Assembly: GCA_007116915.1 (NCBI GenBank)
Contig: SKHQ01000099.1
Coordinates: 1 to 36,061, forward strand
DNA from: Candidatus Methanomethylophilaceae archaeon
GTDB lineage: Archaea; Thermoplasmatota; Thermoplasmata; Methanomassiliicoccales; Methanomethylophilaceae
Length of the DNA stretch: 36,061 nt
Direction of reading: 5' to 3'
Shown here: positions 1 to 8,246 of the stretch, piece by piece
Layout of the letters: each line of letters begins with the position of its first letter
Numbering within the stretch: the stretch's first letter is position 1
Program-made: the position numbers and the translations under genes
The notes under the pieces: generated by a model
The model's input: the letters and a program-made list of their open reading frames with translations, nothing else
What the model was told of the DNA's origin: nothing
The model's database searches: none

Positions 1-28
1 CTTTCAACAAATAATCTCCCTTAGTCAT
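1..28 (-). CDS. Possible 5' end of a gene downstream of the methyltransferase (MTKGDYLLK..., truncated by the window edge)
   Basis: ATG at 28-26, 1 nt after the TAA of the methyltransferase, open to the window edge. Too short to assign a product. Confidence 0.35.
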
Positions 29-29
29 A

Positions 30-1058
30 TTAGTTATTGCGACAACAGTTCTCAATATTCTCTAATACATTATTGCTGTTGGCATGTTCCTGCCAAACCA
101 TCACATTACCCAACGGCGTGCTGGGGGGAATATCACAGGAAGCGCTAAGGATAAAGCGGCGTTCATTACCTTTGAATGTTTGTATCGTTTGAGAAATATC
201 ATTCAAGGTTTTCTCTGGATTATCGTTTAACAGCGAAGAGAATGTGGATATTCCACCCGATATGCAGCAGTCAAATGACTCCAAAGATTCTTTCAAAGGC
301 GTATCGTGTATTGAAAGCAAGTTGATTGAGGAGGTGGGTAAATCAGGTAAGAGTTGAGTGACGTCACCGCAATTGTGTAACATCCTGTATCCATCAACTA
401 CTTCGAACAGCTCGGCGTTCAGAGGAACAACTTCTTTTCTTAAGGAGTCGGGATCCAATAAAGATGGTGACCCTGTTGATTCGCACAACATGACACCTTC
501 CGCGACTTCGTCGTAGAAAATGCAGTATTCCTTTAAATTTTCAGTAGTACGCCTTAAGATATCCCGATAAACATCAGTTTCAAGAATGCTGTCCATCATG
601 AGCTGTTCCAGTCCGCGAAGCTCAGCGGAAAGTGTGAACGTCCCAGGAACGGTGGCATAAATGAACTTATCTCCGTCCAGCAGCGCGTTGATGGTGTTCA
701 GGTTCGTTACCGCTCTTTTATCATCAACGGGGCCGACTTCTATTGATGCATCTGAATCATCGGATAAAACATGGGAAACGGTCACAGCTCCCATTCCAGG
801 CCGGAATTCCACATCACAACCCATGGCCTCAACCATCGAAAGCCAATCCCACATTCCTTCGAATCCATCAAAACCACATAGATCGGCTATGTTTGATTGG
901 CAAATAGCATTTTTTTTAGGTTCATTTACTGTTTCTTGAGGTGTGACGCCCATCATATTAAGAGCCCATGTAGCTTGAAAAGGCGGTATTATCGGAATCG
1001 GGCCCTCATTCCGTCCTTCAAGGGCGGCGACCACTGATTCCCTGCTATTGTAAACCAT
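30..1058 (-). CDS. Uroporphyrinogen decarboxylase-fold methylcobamide:thiol methyltransferase (MtaA/MtbA/CmuA family)
   Basis: EAMGC and GTFTLSAELRG motifs, Zn-binding H-x-C (LHNCG) plus C-terminal FILSASCDIP. Start placed at ATG 1058; the ORF track extends to 1082. Confidence 0.8.
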   Translation of the reverse strand: MVYNSRESVVAALEGRNEGPIPIIPPFQATWALNMMGVTPQETVNEPKKNAICQSNIADLCGFDGFEGMWDWLSMVEAMGCDVEFRPGMGAVTVSHVLSDDSDASIEVGPVDDKRAVTNLNTINALLDGDKFIYATVPGTFTLSAELRGLEQLMMDSILETDVYRDILRRTTENLKEYCIFYDEVAEGVMLCESTGSPSLLDPDSLRKEVVPLNAELFEVVDGYRMLHNCGDVTQLLPDLPTSSINLLSIHDTPLKESLESFDCCISGGISTFSSLLNDNPEKTLNDISQTIQTFKGNERRFILSASCDIPPSTPLGNVMVWQEHANSNNVLENIENCCRNN

Positions 1059-1305
1059 ATAACTATAGTTAATCGACCTCAATTATTAATCATTTATCGA
1101 TGGACAACAAAAATGCCATTTGATGAGGACGTATAGAATCATTTGAAATTGTATTCTGTTGATGGTGGGTTCCAGTATGTTCTAAAAAGAATTATCTGAT
1201 TTTTGAACGGTTTTGGTTGTTTTTGATAGATTATGTGGATTGATTATGATAATGTGAAAATATCATCATTTTGAAAAGTACAATGATTATTATTTTTAGC
1301 TTATC

Positions 1306-1485
1306 TCAGAAATGAATTTTGCCATCATCCTCTATCTTGAAGAACTCCTTAGTAGAACCGCATTTGGGACAGCGCCATCCAGGCGGGATCTGGCCGAAGG
1401 GCGTTCCAGGAGGTATGGAATTATCGACGTCGCCTATCATCTCAAAATACCTGTAGCTACAAACACAGCATTTCCAAACTACCAT
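1306..1485 (-). CDS. Rubredoxin, 59 aa (not in the ORF track)
   Basis: Translated by hand: MVVWKCCVCSYRYFEMIGDVDNSIPPGTPFGQIPPGWRCPKCGSTKEFFKIEDDGKIHF*. Two CxxC motifs, GD..IPPGT.F and W.CP.CG signatures; GGTGA RBS upstream. Confidence 0.92.
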   Translation of the reverse strand: MVVWKCCVCSYRYFEMIGDVDNSIPPGTPFGQIPPGWRCPKCGSTKEFFKIEDDGKIHF

Positions 1486-1717
1486 CTCAAATCACCAAAA
1501 CCTATCTAGTGAATATTCCATGATCCCTACGACTAAATTTATCTTTGATGTTTCACATCGAATATTGCCTGGGATGTATGTCCGATACATTATGTTAGAT
1601 TTGATTCTGAATCATTCTATTGAAATGTGCATGATATATCTATAATGTAAGAAATCAATGACCTCATAAATCTGTTGTCTGTCTTAATCAAACCGTGATG
1701 TGAACGAGGCGATATGT

Positions 1718-3169
1718 ATGACCACATTTGTGTGTGAAATCTGTTACGTTTATCAATACGAACCGGCCCATGGGGATAAGGGTACAAATATCCCTCCGGG
1801 CACTCACCCCAAAGACTTTCCCAAGGAATGGGAATGTCCGTTCTGTGGCTCTACCGCCGACCGTCTCATGCCCGAGGAGAATAAGGCGCCGATAAAGACT
1901 GAAGACCTCCCTCATTTTGCTGAATATCTGTCTAAATGGACACGCCACAGGGATGACCTGGAAAAGGACATGGAAACCATACATAACATGGCCATCCATG
2001 CTGAGAGTGTATTTTCTTCGATGCGGACACGGATTGTCACACCGTCGTGGGATTCCCTCCTTTTCCTCGGAGCGCAAATGGCCACCCTACCCCTAAATGA
2101 GGATGAGGATGTCAATCTGAAGACAATCATCGGCCCCAATGCCGACAAGCCTCTGGAACTCTCCATGCCGGTATACGTCAGTCATATGAGCTTCGGTGCT
2201 TTGTCCAAAGAGGCCAAGGTATCATTGGCTCGAGGTAGCGCCAAGGTGGGTACAGCCATAGGCTCGGGGGAGGGAGGTTTGCTTGAGGATGAATTCGAGG
2301 CCTCCAGTAAATACATTTTCGAATATGTTCCCAACCGATACTCCTACACTCCGGAGAATATGTCACGGGTGCAAGCTATCGAAGTGAAGATAGGTCAATC
2401 AACCAAACCCGGAATGGGAGGTCACCTCCCTCGGGAGAAGGTGACCGCTGAAGTGGCTGCATTGCGGGGTTTTCCGATAAAGACAGACATAATCTCTCCC
2501 GCCAGATTCCCAGGTATTCATGGTGTCGATGGTTTCCGCGAACTCGTGGATGAATTGAGGTCCGTTGGAAATGGAGTTCCCATAGGATTAAAGATCGCCG
2601 CGGGACACATCGAAAACGATTTAGACGTCATTATGGAAGCTGGAGCGGATTTTGTCACGATTGACGGAAGACCCGGAGGAACCGCGTCCACGCTCAATTA
2701 TGTGAAGGACAGTACCAGCATACCGACTATCGTCGCCCTGGATAGGGCGAGGAGACATCTTGATGATGCTGGTTCCGACCTTAATCTTATTATTACGGGA
2801 GGTTTACGATCCAGTGCAGATGTCGCCAAAGCATTGGCCATGGGAGCGGATGCGGTCGCTCTTGGGACCGCTTGCCTGATGGCCATAGGTTGTCAGCAGT
2901 ATCGGTTGTGCAACACCGGTAAATGCCCCACCGGTGTGACCACTCAGGATCCAGAATTAAGATTGAGGTTGGTAGCTGATTATTCCGCCAAGAGGTTGGC
3001 GAACTTTTTGAACACCATGGCCTCAGAATTGAAGGACTTCTCACGACTTGCAGGCAGATCGGATGTCCATCAACTTTCCTGTGATGACCTTGTCTGTTCC
3101 GACCTCAACCTTTCACAAAGCTTGTTCATCAGACACATGGACGGAAGATATCATTACCAAAAGGACTGA
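1718..3169 (+). CDS. Rubredoxin-domain + FMN-binding glutamate synthase (GltB domain 2-like) protein
   Basis: N-terminal CEIC...IPPGT...WECPFCG; then MSFGALS, GSGEGG, EVKIGQSTKPGMGGHLP, DG.PGGT, GGLRS and the 3Fe-4S motif CQQYRLCNTGKCPTGV. Confidence 0.88.
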   Translation: MTTFVCEICYVYQYEPAHGDKGTNIPPGTHPKDFPKEWECPFCGSTADRLMPEENKAPIKTEDLPHFAEYLSKWTRHRDDLEKDMETIHNMAIHAESVFSSMRTRIVTPSWDSLLFLGAQMATLPLNEDEDVNLKTIIGPNADKPLELSMPVYVSHMSFGALSKEAKVSLARGSAKVGTAIGSGEGGLLEDEFEASSKYIFEYVPNRYSYTPENMSRVQAIEVKIGQSTKPGMGGHLPREKVTAEVAALRGFPIKTDIISPARFPGIHGVDGFRELVDELRSVGNGVPIGLKIAAGHIENDLDVIMEAGADFVTIDGRPGGTASTLNYVKDSTSIPTIVALDRARRHLDDAGSDLNLIITGGLRSSADVAKALAMGADAVALGTACLMAIGCQQYRLCNTGKCPTGVTTQDPELRLRLVADYSAKRLANFLNTMASELKDFSRLAGRSDVHQLSCDDLVCSDLNLSQSLFIRHMDGRYHYQKD

Positions 3170-3176
3170 GAGTGAA

Positions 3177-4100
3177 ATGCAACAGTACAGCCTATCAGAA
3201 CTGGAGGAGATTTACCGTGAGCAGCGGATAGTGCTCAAGAAACTGGAATCAAAGTATGATTTCGCAATGGCGGTGATGAAAGCTGCACCATACTTCCTGA
3301 TATCCCTGATAACCATTTCCGTCACGCTCTCACTCTACGCACCGGAAATGTTCTTCATTCCACTGGTGGTGTTGAGCTTCATCGCCATTCTAATGGTTTT
3401 ATTGTACATATTCGTGAATAGGTTCGATGACACCATATCACTAACGCAATTCGAACTCGACAAGATAAAGGAAGGGATGGACTTCCGTCAAAAGTTCCTC
3501 ATCTCATCCTTCGTTACGTACCATCAAACCATGGCTGCCCTACCGTGGAAGATAGAGGATATCGATCCCAATCGTTACGCGCGTGAAGCGATGACCATCA
3601 ATGTCAGGAGTATGTTCGGGCCAATGCGCGTGGAGGATATGGAATACCGACATCCGAACATATTCCGTTCGATGCTACAGTTCGAATCGGCATACGAGAG
3701 TTTCCGCGACTCACTGGTATCCCTTTCATTTCAGATTAAGGAGTTCAATTCCCGCATGGAATCAATTTTGGGAGGCAAACTCAGCGAGGGGGGCATTCCC
3801 GATGATGAGCTCGCTGTAATCAAAGAGTACCTCGATATTCAATCTAACGAGAGGGCACGGATCATTTTGAACCATGCCATGGGAAATTACGATTATTACT
3901 CCCAGATACCATACAATCGATTCAATTACATACTCGATACGTTGGAAGCTGAACTTCTGGACAGGATGGAAAACATAAATCGTAAGGGTGACAGTCTTTT
4001 ACCATATTTCCGTCAATTCGAGTCGTTCCATTCCTCCCTTAGCAGTGACCTCGTATATCGCTTCGGGACTCTGGAAAGCTCATATCCAACAATAATGTAA
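3177..4100 (+). CDS. Hypothetical membrane protein (2 N-terminal TM helices + helical soluble domain)
   Basis: ATG 7 nt after the upstream stop; two hydrophobic segments near the N-terminus; no recognised motif. Confidence 0.65.
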   Translation: MQQYSLSELEEIYREQRIVLKKLESKYDFAMAVMKAAPYFLISLITISVTLSLYAPEMFFIPLVVLSFIAILMVLLYIFVNRFDDTISLTQFELDKIKEGMDFRQKFLISSFVTYHQTMAALPWKIEDIDPNRYAREAMTINVRSMFGPMRVEDMEYRHPNIFRSMLQFESAYESFRDSLVSLSFQIKEFNSRMESILGGKLSEGGIPDDELAVIKEYLDIQSNERARIILNHAMGNYDYYSQIPYNRFNYILDTLEAELLDRMENINRKGDSLLPYFRQFESFHSSLSSDLVYRFGTLESSYPTIM

Positions 4101-4116
4101 ATAAGAAATGGGTGAA

Positions 4117-4280
4117 AAGAGGTTAGCTCCGAAGGATTGCCGAAGCAGGGTGGTTTTATCGACCTTAGATCGAGGTAGTTTAATCCCGAGGGATCATCCT
4201 TGATCCATCAGCGGCAAATCCTACGAATTTTGTCTCGCAGGTAGATCTACGCCACCGTGCCTTTTCGGTCCTTTCGTGCA
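4117..4280 (-). ncRNA. Candidate structured ncRNA, copy 1
   Basis: Diverged direct repeat of 4960-5124. Self-complementary ends and internal hairpins whose G-U pairs only work on the minus strand; TATA upstream; U-rich tail; no ORF. Confidence 0.7.
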
Positions 4281-4302
4281 ATGTAAGTATTTCTCGTGAG
4301 GA

Positions 4303-4310
4303 TTATTTAA
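4303..4310 (-). promoter_or_regulatory. TATA box (TTAAATAA) for ncRNA copy 1
   Basis: About 25 nt upstream of the conserved 5' end, the same spacing as in copy 2. Confidence 0.55.
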
Positions 4311-4420
4311 TGATATCTCTTATTTTTTGAAAGTTTATTCTCATAATTAATTTTTCTAAAGATGAAGTCTTAACGAAGAATAATTCCAAAAAATTAACTA
4401 CATGATTTCTATAACCAAAC

Positions 4421-4819
4421 ATGGATAAGAATCAGACGATCGCCATGGTTGCCTTGGTAGTTGCATTCGTGTCTTTGTTCTCGGCTTTCCTTTACAATCC
4501 GGCAACGGTCACGGATGAGACTGAAGTCTTCACCGTCTACTTCGGTCTCACGGACGCTGAAGGCAATGCCATCAATGTTACCACCGCTGAGAATACCATC
4601 AATGCCCTGTGCGAATCCTATGATCTGGGATTCACTAGCTACGAAGCGTTCGGTGGTTATGTTTCCAACGGCACATTCATCACCAACGATACATTGGTTT
4701 ACATGTTTGCTTTGACAGATGAAGATACCATCCGATCTTTGGCAAACGATGTTAAGACTGAATTGAACATCGATTCAGTGATGTTCGAAAAGAGTCTCGC
4801 TACGATATCGTTCATTTGA
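4421..4819 (+). CDS. Membrane-anchored DUF3574-like protein
   Basis: N-terminal hydrophobic anchor, then FTVYFGL...GFTSYEAFGGY...ELNIDSVMFE, resembling the DUF3574 pattern (recognised from memory). Confidence 0.65.
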   Translation: MDKNQTIAMVALVVAFVSLFSAFLYNPATVTDETEVFTVYFGLTDAEGNAINVTTAENTINALCESYDLGFTSYEAFGGYVSNGTFITNDTLVYMFALTDEDTIRSLANDVKTELNIDSVMFEKSLATISFI

Positions 4820-4866
4820 AACATTTTCCCATATTATTTATTGAGCCATCGGGCTTAGAAATCAAG

Positions 4867-4895
4867 ATGTTCAGATGATCATATATTCTGAACAT
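4867..4895. repeat. 9-bp inverted repeat (ATGTTCAGA-N11-TCTGAACAT), possible terminator or protein-binding site
   Basis: Perfect inverted repeat between the convergent DUF3574-like gene and ncRNA copy 2. Confidence 0.45.
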
Positions 4896-4959
4896 ACTAG
4901 AATAATCAATTTGTAATTATGCATATGAAAAATAATCATGAAGCAAAAAACCAATAAGG

Positions 4960-5124
4960 AAGAGGTTTGGCTCCGAAGGATTGCCGAAGCAGGGTGGGCA
5001 TAGCAACCTTAGATAACAATAGCTGACCTTTGAGGGACAGTTTGAGATCCATTAGCGGCAACTCCTACAAATTTTATTTCGTAGGGAGGTCTATACCACC
5101 GCGCCTTTTCGGTCCGTTCGTGTA
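4960..5124 (-). ncRNA. Candidate structured ncRNA, copy 2
   Basis: 28-nt block identical to copy 1 (4970-4997 = 4126-4153), a near-identical other end, and compensatory changes in the internal stems. Confidence 0.7.
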
Positions 5125-5144
5125 TTAATGTAGTGTCAATGCCG

Positions 5145-5153
5145 AATATAAAA
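5145..5153 (-). promoter_or_regulatory. TATA box (TTTTATATT) for ncRNA copy 2
   Basis: About 23-24 nt upstream of the conserved 5' end. Confidence 0.55.
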
Positions 5154-5213
5154 TGGTGTTGATAACAGATTGAAAATACCTAAAAAGAGTAAAAACTTGT
5201 ATAGACTACAAGA

Positions 5214-5813
5214 TCAGAATGAATCCAGAGTATCGACTGGTTCAATCAGACGAGGGCCTTCGTTCTTAACGTCATTCACCGCCTGTCCCACTGCTAACCT
5301 CTCCAATGGTGGGCCCTCTCCTATCGATTTTAGCGCATCGTCAACAGAGGAGTTGAACCATTCTGACTCCTTTTCTTTGGTTATGACACATGGCATCCGG
5401 CTATGAACTTCGCTAACAGGAGCTTGTGACTCCCGAGTGAGGATGATCACCTCCCTCCTATCAGTGTATAATGCTGCCATTGAGAATACCTCGCCGCCAT
5501 TCAAACGGAACAGATGTGGATGTTTCTTGCTATCCCATTCATAAAAACCAGTGGCGGGCACAAGACAACGGCTATCCTCCACCAAACGGGCAAACATCGC
5601 TTTTTCCTTGACGGTCTCGGTACGGGCATTGATAAGAGACCTTCCATACGGTCTGACGCCCCAGAACATGTTCTCATGGATTCCATCAGGCAGTACACAT
5701 AGGACATCCTGGGCGGGGGAGATGTTGTACCTCGGCTCAGGTTGTGGCAGTCCCGGAATGGAATACCTGCCAGCAAGGTCCTCGTAAGGTGCTAGGGCGA
5801 ATCTTCCGCACAT
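5214..5813 (-). CDS. SOS response-associated peptidase (SRAP/HMCES/YedK) abasic-site processing protein
   Basis: N-terminal MCGRF, RYNISP, INARTET, RCLVPATGFYEW and HSRMP motifs. Confidence 0.93.
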   Translation of the reverse strand: MCGRFALAPYEDLAGRYSIPGLPQPEPRYNISPAQDVLCVLPDGIHENMFWGVRPYGRSLINARTETVKEKAMFARLVEDSRCLVPATGFYEWDSKKHPHLFRLNGGEVFSMAALYTDRREVIILTRESQAPVSEVHSRMPCVITKEKESEWFNSSVDDALKSIGEGPPLERLAVGQAVNDVKNEGPRLIEPVDTLDSF

Positions 5814-5871
5814 GATATCGTTTTAATCAATGGTATTCCCCTTTAAAATAATCGTTCGTCACTAATGACTG

Positions 5872-7185
5872 ATGTTGAATCCCATAGCCGGATGGTTGGA
5901 CAGACGTTTTTTGGTCAGTGACCGAGGGTCGACTTTAAAACAGGAGACCTTGGGTGGAGCTGTCACCTTCATGACCATGGCATACATAGTGGTGGTAAAC
6001 CCCACCATACTCCAAGATGCTGGGATGCCTTTTGGTCCTGCTATGGTCGCCACGGCATTGACGGCGATGTTCGGCTGCTTGTTGATGGGAGTGCTAGCGA
6101 ACCGGCCGTATGCGATCGCCCCTTATATGGGCCAGAATGCGTTCGTCGCCTACACTGTCACCGGTACGATGGGCTACTCATGGCAGACCGCTCTATTCAC
6201 TATATTCATATCCGGCATTTTGCTGTTGTTGCTGACATTATCTGGAGGGCGCAAGGCATTGGGCGATGCGGTGCCGATGACCCTCAAAATAAGCTTTTCA
6301 GTCGGTATCGGGCTTTTCATAGCTTTTGTGGGGGCGGTGTCTTCCGGCATCATTGTCAGCGGTACCGAGACCCCTTTGGCAATCGGTGACCTTACCCAGG
6401 CCGGGACAATGCTCGCCATTCTTTGTCTACTGACCATATCCGCCCTTACGGTTAGAGGTTTCAAAGGCTCTATTCTCGTCGGAATGCTAGCCTGTACTGT
6501 CATCGGACTCTTCATAGGAGTTGTTGAAGCTCCGACTTCACTGATATCCAGTCCGCCCCCGTTGTCACCAGTCTTCCTGCAATGGGAGATTTCTCTCACA
6601 TTCGGCATCCTATCTGTACTGATGACGGTTTTCATTCTTGACGTAGTGGACACAATGGGGACTCTCGTCGCCCTTGGTAATGAAACGGGCATGATTGACG
6701 AAGAAGGGCGGCTTCTCGACATTCAGAAACCTTTCACCGCTGACTCGCTAACGATAATGTTCGCTGGTGTGGTAGGGACGACATCAAGCGGTGTCTTCGT
6801 GGAATCTGCTTCCGGGATTAAAAGCGGTGCCCGCACCGGGATATCCTCGATTGTCGTAGGCCTACTGTTTGGGGCTTCGCTCCTCTTCACACCAATTGTG
6901 ACCATGATACCTGCTGCTGTCACCGGCCCTGCCATGATGGTGATAGGTATGATGATGTTCTCTGCCACGCGGATGATAGATTTCCATGAACCTACTGATT
7001 TCTTCCCTGCTGTCGTGACCGTGTGTCTGATGGTGTTCACATACAACATAGGGATCGGGATTTGTGCCGGTTTCATAGTCTATGTCATAGGGAAGCTATT
7101 CAGTGGAAAGAAGGAGGAGATCACCTTCTTGATGTGGGTGCTTATGGTCATGAGTGTCCTTTTCTTCATATTCTATCCTTATTGA
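5872..7185 (+). CDS. NCS2/AzgA-family nucleobase (purine) permease
   Basis: TFMTMAYIVVVNP, APYMGQNAF, DTMGTL, ESASGIKSGARTG; about 12 or more TM segments. Confidence 0.92.
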   Translation: MLNPIAGWLDRRFLVSDRGSTLKQETLGGAVTFMTMAYIVVVNPTILQDAGMPFGPAMVATALTAMFGCLLMGVLANRPYAIAPYMGQNAFVAYTVTGTMGYSWQTALFTIFISGILLLLLTLSGGRKALGDAVPMTLKISFSVGIGLFIAFVGAVSSGIIVSGTETPLAIGDLTQAGTMLAILCLLTISALTVRGFKGSILVGMLACTVIGLFIGVVEAPTSLISSPPPLSPVFLQWEISLTFGILSVLMTVFILDVVDTMGTLVALGNETGMIDEEGRLLDIQKPFTADSLTIMFAGVVGTTSSGVFVESASGIKSGARTGISSIVVGLLFGASLLFTPIVTMIPAAVTGPAMMVIGMMMFSATRMIDFHEPTDFFPAVVTVCLMVFTYNIGIGICAGFIVYVIGKLFSGKKEEITFLMWVLMVMSVLFFIFYPY

Positions 7186-7484
7186 TGAGGAATTATTTTG
7201 ATTGGCATTTGCTCACTCTGATCCTTCCGATAGTTGGCCTATATCACGTGTTCTCAAAAATTAAAGTGAATGTATGTTTTTCATAATCGCGGTGCCAGTG
7301 AAGAATAATACTATGTCATTTTTAGGTAAAAAAGAACAAACAGGAGGTATTTTAGTCAATATAGATAAGGAAAAAACAGTGAGAATATTTCATTATCCAG
7401 ACCTTGATATAATCAAATATATATACGCCCATTATAATTAGTATATTCGCAGTAGCAGCTACGGCAGACTGCGGAGGTGACAAA

Positions 7485-7529
7485 ATGGCAAAGGACGCTA
7501 AGACGGTGAAGAAGGACAAGAAGAAATAA
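7485..7529 (+). CDS. Putative 14-aa lysine-rich micropeptide MAKDAKTVKKDKKK (not in the ORF track)
   Basis: Perfect GGAGGTGA RBS at 7473-7480, 4 nt before ATG; AT-rich TATA-like sequence at about 7416-7440; small hairpin and T-tract downstream. Confidence 0.55.
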   Translation: MAKDAKTVKKDKKK

Positions 7530-7594
7530 TCTTCATTGTTCATACCACTGGGTCACCAGCTAAACCCCTACTTTTCTTCATTAATTCCTTAATA

Positions 7595-8242
7595 TCAAAA
7601 AAGATAGTCTTCTTGACCACGGAACCAAGCTTTGGTCCGATCGCCCTCTCGCAGCAGGAGCATCGGCTCCACAAAGCCTATCCATTCCTCACCTCTGAAG
7701 CACATGCCCAATGCATGTCCTGCCAATGATGCCACGAAAAAGTCATGTGTGACCACAAGTGTCAATTCGCCCCAAGTGTGGGAGTGAAGGTCATCAACCA
7801 AGGGCTTGAGCCCGGACATGACGTCCTTGAATCCCGGCACTATATCGCCATCAAGGAGACCATTGCATATGTCCCTCATATGCATCAACCGGAATGTGAT
7901 CTCCGCTGCCTCCTCGTCATTGATGAAAGGGCCGATGTTGCCAAGAAGATTGACGGTACGTATCTCCATATCCTCGCCGTATCCTTGAAGGATGAGTTCA
8001 GCGGTCTCTTCACAACGACGGACGGGACTTGCCATGCACGATGTTATGTTGAATCCGTTCTCTGCGAGCCACGAACCTAGCGCCATGCTACATTCCTTTC
8101 CCTCTTCAGTCAACATCGCCAACTCATGTTGGAAGGTATTGGTTATCGGATGGCGGTGTGCGTGTCTCAGAATGATCATCGCTTCACCCTCGTGCCTCAT
8201 TAAGCGGGTTATTGCCGCAGAGTACCAGTCCTTGACATTCAT
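7595..8242 (-). CDS. Histidine phosphatase superfamily protein
   Basis: LRHA, SPVRRCEETA and VVTH motifs. Confidence 0.8.
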   Translation of the reverse strand: MNVKDWYSAAITRLMRHEGEAMIILRHAHRHPITNTFQHELAMLTEEGKECSMALGSWLAENGFNITSCMASPVRRCEETAELILQGYGEDMEIRTVNLLGNIGPFINDEEAAEITFRLMHMRDICNGLLDGDIVPGFKDVMSGLKPLVDDLHSHTWGELTLVVTHDFFVASLAGHALGMCFRGEEWIGFVEPMLLLREGDRTKAWFRGQEDYLF

Positions 8243-8246
8243 GTCC

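Noticed and set aside
1312..1509. 65-aa plus-strand ORF
   Set aside because: Shadow of the clearly recognisable minus-strand rubredoxin.
4117..5124. Repeat as a c-di-AMP (ydaO), lysine or fluoride riboswitch
   Set aside because: Only short partial resemblances (CCGAAAAGGYRCGG, AGCUAACCUC in copy 1 only, GCURAUG). Spacing and other core motifs are missing, and no same-strand gene lies downstream of either copy.
4117..5124. CRISPR array or IS/transposon ends
   Set aside because: Only two long copies in direct orientation, no repeat-spacer periodicity, and no cas, transposase or target-site duplication seen.
7352..7543. 63-aa minus-strand ORF
   Set aside because: Antisense to the micropeptide that has a perfect RBS, and it runs through AT-rich promoter-like sequence.
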